This document shows positions 59,499 through 64,000 of a DNA stretch of 64,000 bases, piece after piece. The notes beneath the pieces are model-generated. The model saw only the letters and a program-made list of their open reading frames with translations. It was not told the origin of the DNA and did no database searches. The translations under genes were made by a program, and so were the position numbers. The stretch comes from a virus: positions 64,001 through 128,000 of the IMG/VR virus record IMGVR_UViG_3300023276_001086; one strand, given 5' to 3'. Every line of letters begins with the position of its first letter. Positions within the stretch are counted from its first letter, which is position 1.

Positions 59499-59991
59499 CC
59501 TCGATCTCCTCTTTCCTCTTGAACTCCAACGACCGTTTGTACTCGGTCAGTTCCCTCATCTCGTCGTAGAGCTGCTCCCGAAAGAACTGCACATCGTTAG
59601 CCAACTCGTCATCTGTTGGGCGACCGGGCAGTAGCTTGTGTGCCAACCACCGCCTGGCTATGTCGTGCTGTCGATTGATGATGGTCGGCATGGGCCACAC
59701 GACCTGATCGAGCAACTCGACAATCTTGGTAGTGCCCTTGACGGTCCGAACCTCCCAAGTGACGCGGTTGTAGTAGCCCTTCTTCTTCAAGATAAGGCGA
59801 CCACCGAGGAGGTCGATGAGATCCTGCACCAGCTCTTTCCTACTGACGTGTATCCTGACAGCGGCACAGAGTAGGTATCTGGTACGCCCCGCAACCGTCT
59901 CGCCAGACCTCGTGATGTAGAACGAACCGTTCGCTGCGAACAGACCACCAACCCAACCGGGGAACTGGTCATAGTCCTCCTGCTCAAGCAA
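59461..59991 (-). CDS. Single-motif LAGLIDADG family protein with degenerate active site
   Basis: WVGGLFAANGSFYI...LLGGRL...TWEV. Confidence 0.7.
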   Translation of the reverse strand: MLEQEDYDQFPGWVGGLFAANGSFYITRSGETVAGRTRYLLCAAVRIHVSRKELVQDLIDLLGGRLILKKKGYYNRVTWEVRTVKGTTKIVELLDQVVWPMPTIINRQHDIARRWLAHKLLPGRPTDDELANDVQFFREQLYDEMRELTEYKRSLEFKRKEEIEDGEDVEGAVGGT

Positions 59992-60009
59992 TCTCGCTCT
60001 CCTTTCAGC

Positions 60010-60122
60010 TTTTACTTCAACTAGGTAAGTCTAGTAAGACCCTCCTATAATATATTAGGGGGTCTTACTAGATACCCCTATCTGTAGTAAAACCACCATA
60101 GAGAAGGAGCCCTCTCAGATCA
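60010..60122. repeat. Repeat locus 2: inverted arm, AT-rich spacer, direct arm (same family as 25057-25380)
   Basis: 60010-60044 is identical to 25087-25121; right arm GGTCTTACTAGATACCCCTA...CCCTCTCAGATCA. Confidence 0.95.
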
Positions 60123-60236
60123 AGCACCTTGCTTGTGCCGCTTCAGCCGCATCTTCAGTCTCCAGAACAAGTAGCCCACGGCAGGAAGTCCGGACAGAAA
60201 TCCGAGAAGGGCTACGGCAAGGCAGTGAGGGCACAT
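60120..60236 (-). CDS. 38-aa membrane peptide
   Basis: MCPHCLAVALLGFLSGLPAVGYLFWRLKMRLKRHKQGA. Confidence 0.45.
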   Translation of the reverse strand: MCPHCLAVALLGFLSGLPAVGYLFWRLKMRLKRHKQGA

Positions 60237-60832
60237 CAGTTCGATTCCTTGTTGTCTACGAGCTGGAGGTAGCCAACTCTCGCTTCGTCATCAACATCAC
60301 GCCCCTCCATAGCATCCAAGAAGGTACGGATGACGACACGGGCGTCGATACCCCAGGTACTGAGCAAGATGATGGTCTCGAGGATTATGACGGACGTCCC
60401 TCGGCACGCTTGCTCGAAGAACCCACTCTCGAGAGGGTCATGGTGCTCGTTCATGTCCGCCTCCGACACCGTAACCGCTAGATCACCCAAACCAGCCATC
60501 AGAGCTGCCAACGTACTGAGCGGGCCCACATCAGCTCTCCGGCGCCCAGCAGCCTTCCCCTTCGCGTAGCGCACCGCTCTCAGAAAGACTTGGTCCCGCA
60601 TACTGTCAGCGTGACCTGCCTCGATGAGCTTGTGCAGATCACCCGCCTCCGTGCGGTCGTTGAGCTCGGCAGCGATTGCCTGAGCTTGCTCCATTTTCAT
60701 CTTGGGGCTCTCGAGGTCGAAAGCCATACCTCTGAGCACTACCTTCGCGTACTCTTCTCCAGATTCCGGTGGTGGGGTCACATCAGCGAAGATCTGCGGC
60801 TTGTCCATACCATCCCTTTCTTCTATCCTCAT
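60236..60832 (-). CDS. Hypothetical helical protein
   Basis: 198 aa. Confidence 0.6.
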   Translation of the reverse strand: MRIEERDGMDKPQIFADVTPPPESGEEYAKVVLRGMAFDLESPKMKMEQAQAIAAELNDRTEAGDLHKLIEAGHADSMRDQVFLRAVRYAKGKAAGRRRADVGPLSTLAALMAGLGDLAVTVSEADMNEHHDPLESGFFEQACRGTSVIILETIILLSTWGIDARVVIRTFLDAMEGRDVDDEARVGYLQLVDNKESN

Positions 60833-61012
60833 CTCTCACACGCTCCTCAGTGTCTGGGGTTTTGCCTACCCCAACATACATCGGGGTAAATCGGCGTTCT
60901 GTAACCGCATCCCAGTGCTGTAGTGCCTCCTTGATTTCCCTAGTCATTCTCACGAAACCGCCCACACTATCCTCCTACCTATCGCCAGCGAAGTATGTCA
61001 CTGGCCGTTCAC

Positions 61013-61062
61013 CTTATACCCACATCGTAGCCCGTATTGAGGGTAATACCCTGCTAAAAAGA
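61013..61062 (-). promoter_or_regulatory. End motif plus promoter P9
   Basis: TTCTTTTTAGCA, then TCAATA-N14-GGTATAAG; upstream of ORF 60783..60965. Confidence 0.55.
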
Positions 61063-61118
61063 ATCTCTCAGTGTCCTGGGTGTGCGGCAGTTTTTTACAA
61101 GGATGCCGCCTTGTTTCT

Positions 61119-61373
61119 TCAGATGAGTCGCCCGCCGTAATGGGAGACCACCAACCACTCGTCGATTGCCACCTCCCCGATACCCCAGGGCGTCATGCCC
61201 TGGCTGGTGAGATGCTTGTTGAACTGGGCCTGCGCCGCATCCTGGTCGCGCGCCTGACAGGCCGCCACCATCTCTGCCGACAGCTCTGTCGGCAGAATTG
61301 CGACGAGACCGTCAGACCCGTAGACACCAAACGAACCATCATGAATCTCTTTGACCTGCATGAATTTCTCCAT
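61119..61373 (-). CDS. Hypothetical protein (single-gene unit)
   Basis: 84 aa between P10 and the end motif. Confidence 0.6.
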   Translation of the reverse strand: MEKFMQVKEIHDGSFGVYGSDGLVAILPTELSAEMVAACQARDQDAAQAQFNKHLTSQGMTPWGIGEVAIDEWLVVSHYGGRLI

Positions 61374-61408
61374 TCTTCGGGGGTTAGATATCCCGAGTCC
61401 ACAATACT

Positions 61409-61471
61409 CTTATCCCCCTTTCCCCCTCTCTTTTGCAGCTAAAAACAGCGCCCCCGTGAGGGATTGCTGTT
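61409..61471 (-). promoter_or_regulatory. Terminator hairpin plus TTTTTAGCT directly fused to promoter P10
   Basis: ...GCTGTTTTTAGCT|GCAAAA-N14-GGGATAAG. Confidence 0.75.
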
Positions 61472-61506
61472 CCATTTTTCATCGCCGCCCCGGACGGGGC
61501 AGCGGA

Positions 61507-62409
61507 TTAGAAGTAGGGGCGGAGGAGGTCGGCGACCTCATATACCGCATCCATGGTCGCACCCGCGTTGCGCGGGCCGCCAGCACAACCGGCACCACCC
61601 CCCGCCTCGGGCCCGAAGGCCTTGCGGACAAAGTAGAGGGCGGGCTCGCCCCCGAACTCCTCCGCCGAGAACTTCTCGGGCTCCCGGAAGCTTACCGTCA
61701 CATCCCCCGAGGTGGGGGTGAGAGCCACCACGCAGTCGGCGTCGTGGCCCTCGTGACGGTAGAGGTGGTTGACAAACTCTTCCGACTTTCGGAGAAGTAC
61801 CGACCCCCCAAACATCACCTCCTCGATTGAGGAGGCGGCGAGGACCACCTCGGCCGCCCGCCACTGACGACCAAGGAACAGGAGCTCCTGGTCGCCGGCG
61901 AGGATGCGGTCGATGACGCCCACGTAGCTCTCGACCTCCTCGGTGACATCAGCGACTCCCTCTCGAGGGGGCCACACCTTGTGGCTCTCCTCGTAGGCCC
62001 AGACGGAGTCGAGGGCCTCTCCCCAGGTGAAGGCGCCGTTCGCGGCGCGCTCACCCCACTCGGGGAGATCGCGAGCGGCCCCGGGTCCTCGAACATCGGC
62101 CACTGCGGCCAACTTCACGAACGCCGGCGGGAAGGCATCTCGACCCATGGCGACACCGCACCCCATCATGGCGTCATGGTCCACGTGGCTCAGGCCGACG
62201 ACGTCGACCACGGGCAGGCTGCCCGCTTCGGCCTCACACGGGGCGGGGTTGTCTCGATGCTTCTCGTGGTGAACGAGGGTAAATCCAGAGCCCTCAGCTG
62301 TGAGGGCTCCCCACTGGGTTTCAATGCCGCCAGTCTTCTCGCCCCGACCCTCGCAGCTCGCGAAGTAGTCAGTCAGGGCGGATGCGGATGCGGCAAGAAT
62401 AAACAACAT
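61507..62409 (-). CDS. DHH-like phosphoesterase-fold protein
   Basis: TLVHH, SHVDHDAMMG, ADVRGP, C-terminal GGGAGCAGGPR; SD AGGAG. Confidence 0.5.
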   Translation of the reverse strand: MLFILAASASALTDYFASCEGRGEKTGGIETQWGALTAEGSGFTLVHHEKHRDNPAPCEAEAGSLPVVDVVGLSHVDHDAMMGCGVAMGRDAFPPAFVKLAAVADVRGPGAARDLPEWGERAANGAFTWGEALDSVWAYEESHKVWPPREGVADVTEEVESYVGVIDRILAGDQELLFLGRQWRAAEVVLAASSIEEVMFGGSVLLRKSEEFVNHLYRHEGHDADCVVALTPTSGDVTVSFREPEKFSAEEFGGEPALYFVRKAFGPEAGGGAGCAGGPRNAGATMDAVYEVADLLRPYF

Positions 62410-62459
62410 GGTGGTCTCCTTGTTTTTGTTGGGCGTGATTGCCCGAGTCCACTATTAGT

Positions 62460-62487
62460 CTTATCCCTCCTTTCTGGGACGTTTTGC
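62460..62487 (-). promoter_or_regulatory. Phage promoter motif P11
   Basis: GCAAAA-N14-GGGATAAG(ACTAATAG); same downstream bases as P5. Confidence 0.75.
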
Positions 62488-62506
62488 GGGGTTTGGGTCT
62501 GACATC

Positions 62507-62895
62507 TCAGCTGCTCTTTGCGGTCTCCTCTGCGTTCGCAGCAGCCGTCTCGAGGACATCGTCACTGCCGTCGGTCAGGGCATCACGCCAAGTGCGCTCA
62601 GGCGGGTCACCATCATCGTAGAAGTGGCCCTGCCCCTTCGCATCGGTACTCGCCGTCTCGAAGTGGATGGGGCTGCCATTCTTCTCCCAGCACCGCTTGT
62701 GCTGGAAATCGACCGGGGTGTGGTAGTCAATCTCATAGTCGTTGACCCGACCGTAGCCGTCGTAGTCGCCGTAGATGACCGTGCCGTCCTGGAACAGCGC
62801 CACGCACTCGTTGAGCCACGCCGTCTCCTTCGTGATGGCATAGGGGTTCATTATGGAACGCCCGCACCGGGTGCAGTTCCAGCTGAAAAGCCCAT
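62507..62895 (-). pseudogene. Phage protein with a 1-nt frameshift after codon 3
   Basis: SD AGGAGG plus ATG GGC TTT TC AGC TGG AAC TGC; one more T would give MGFFSWNCTRCGRSIMNPY, in frame with 62507..62851. Confidence 0.65.
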
Positions 62896-62911
62896 GGGGG
62901 CCTCCTTTTGT

Positions 62912-63760
62912 CTAGTTCTGTTGGGTTGGTGGTTCAGGCCGCTCGACGCCCTCGTCGAACTCCTTATCGGCTTGGTCTGCTTCGATCTCTTCGCGGGTCT
63001 TGAACAGAGACCGGAGCTTCCACAGCAGGCCGGTGTACACCACCATAGCGACCTGCCGCTCTTTCGATGTCCAGCTCCTAATCAACGACTCAGGAATGAC
63101 ATCTTTGAGCTCGTGGTCCCCCCTATCGAAGAAGGCGAGTAGCAGATTGAGCTCGAGGTGAGCGAAGTCTGAGTGAACCAGGTAGGCTGGTGTGAGGCTC
63201 TTGGCAATGAGGATGTCCCCCACCTCCTCCTCATCTAGTTCACCCAGCAGCCCATCTACACCGTAGTTCTCGACCATCTCTGTCGCTTCTTCTCGGAGCG
63301 GGGCCATGAGCATAGATTGCTGGAGCTCTTTGTCCCCCTCTCGATCCCACCAGTTGAAGATGCTCACCTGACCGGTGCGGTACGCCTTATCGAGAAGACG
63401 CAAACCTTCATTGAGCTCGACAATACCGAGCTTGTACTGGATGGCTATCCGACACAGATAGGTGGGACAGACGTCCGGGCGCGTCTTACCGTAAATTCGG
63501 CACGACACGTAGTCCATGGGCCGGCCCAACAAGAACCGACAAGGCATGGTGAGGACTTCCTCACCGGGATTGGGACCTGTTCCGGTCGGCTCAGTGTGGC
63601 AGAACTTCTTCTGAGGGATGTTGTTCTCTTCTGCGATGATCTCCCTGTTCTCAGAGCTCACCTGGACACTGAGCATGACGCAACAGAGACCGCAGCGTGT
63701 GCACAGGGGGTTGGCGGGTCGATCGAGCAGCGGCTTACCATCCCCAGGTTCCGTCGACAT
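62912..63760 (-). CDS. YkgJ-like Cys-cluster (CxxCxxCC) protein
   Basis: CTRCGLCC...PCRFL...CRIYGKTRPDVCPTYLC. Confidence 0.75.
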   Translation of the reverse strand: MSTEPGDGKPLLDRPANPLCTRCGLCCVMLSVQVSSENREIIAEENNIPQKKFCHTEPTGTGPNPGEEVLTMPCRFLLGRPMDYVSCRIYGKTRPDVCPTYLCRIAIQYKLGIVELNEGLRLLDKAYRTGQVSIFNWWDREGDKELQQSMLMAPLREEATEMVENYGVDGLLGELDEEEVGDILIAKSLTPAYLVHSDFAHLELNLLLAFFDRGDHELKDVIPESLIRSWTSKERQVAMVVYTGLLWKLRSLFKTREEIEADQADKEFDEGVERPEPPTQQN

Positions 63761-63985
63761 TCACACCTCCTTCGCTCGGTAGGCCTCGAGGACCCCCGGG
63801 ATCTTCCCTTGGCCAAACTCTACCTTCCCCATTGCCCGAAGCTTCTTCAGATGACCAATGATGGCTGACTCACCCCAACGCTTGGTCTTGTCGAGGTGTA
63901 GGGCACTGATACCTATCTCCCTGAGTGTGTGCCACCCAGGGTTGGCCTGTAGCCAGTTGGACATCAACATCATGCGCTTCTGCAC
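63761..63985 (-). CDS. Small winged-helix-like protein
   Basis: 74 aa; TLREIG...HLKKLRAMGKVE. Confidence 0.45.
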   Translation of the reverse strand: MQKRMMLMSNWLQANPGWHTLREIGISALHLDKTKRWGESAIIGHLKKLRAMGKVEFGQGKIPGVLEAYRAKEV

Positions 63986-64000
63986 GGTCAGCCCTTCTTC

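Noticed and set aside
59461-59991. Active homing endonuclease in an intron or intein
   Set aside because: No interrupted host gene or splicing motifs were seen, and the catalytic acidic residue is replaced.
60236-60832. MazG-like pyrophosphatase
   Set aside because: The helical pattern is suggestive, but the EExxE/ExxD acidic motifs are absent.
1-64000. Reverse transcriptase systems (DGR, retron), integrase, transposase, alternative genetic code
   Set aside because: No such motifs were recognised; known enzymes translate full-length in the standard code.
1-64000. Apparent abundance of CTCGAG as a host or methylation signal
   Set aside because: Could simply reflect Leu-Glu codon pairs at high GC; it cannot be quantified without a k-mer count.

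Overview
This window looks like a 64 kb segment of a large, high-GC tailed bacteriophage genome. Almost all genes are tightly packed on the - strand. 1-21 kb is mostly morphogenesis: virion proteins, probable baseplate genes, a tape-measure-like protein, GroES and a tail assembly chaperone with a GGGAAAT -1 frameshift. An alternative sigma factor and a SNF2-type helicase are embedded among these genes. 21-25 kb is a + strand island with a CCA-adding/HD enzyme, a ParB-like protein and a 179-nt tRNA-like RNA carrying the G-1:C73 histidine identity element and an encoded CCA. 25-64 kb holds DNA metabolism genes (RNase HII, ThyA, ATP-dependent ligase, DEDDh exonuclease, SSB), cell-wall hydrolases, regulators and many small ORFs. 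Non-coding structure includes (i) a fixed-spacing promoter motif GCAAAA-N14-GGNATAAG at about 11 sites, often abutting a TT(T/C)TTAGCT end motif, (ii) a family of 11-6-11 dif-like palindromic repeats at two loci 35 kb apart, one directly upstream of a LAGLIDADG protein lacking its catalytic acid, and (iii) a 45-bp inverted duplication inside two genes. Candidate mimic proteins are a mini type IV prepilin, a capsid-fragment chimera and an RNAP alpha-CTD-like domain. All functional calls come from motif recognition by eye; no searches were run.
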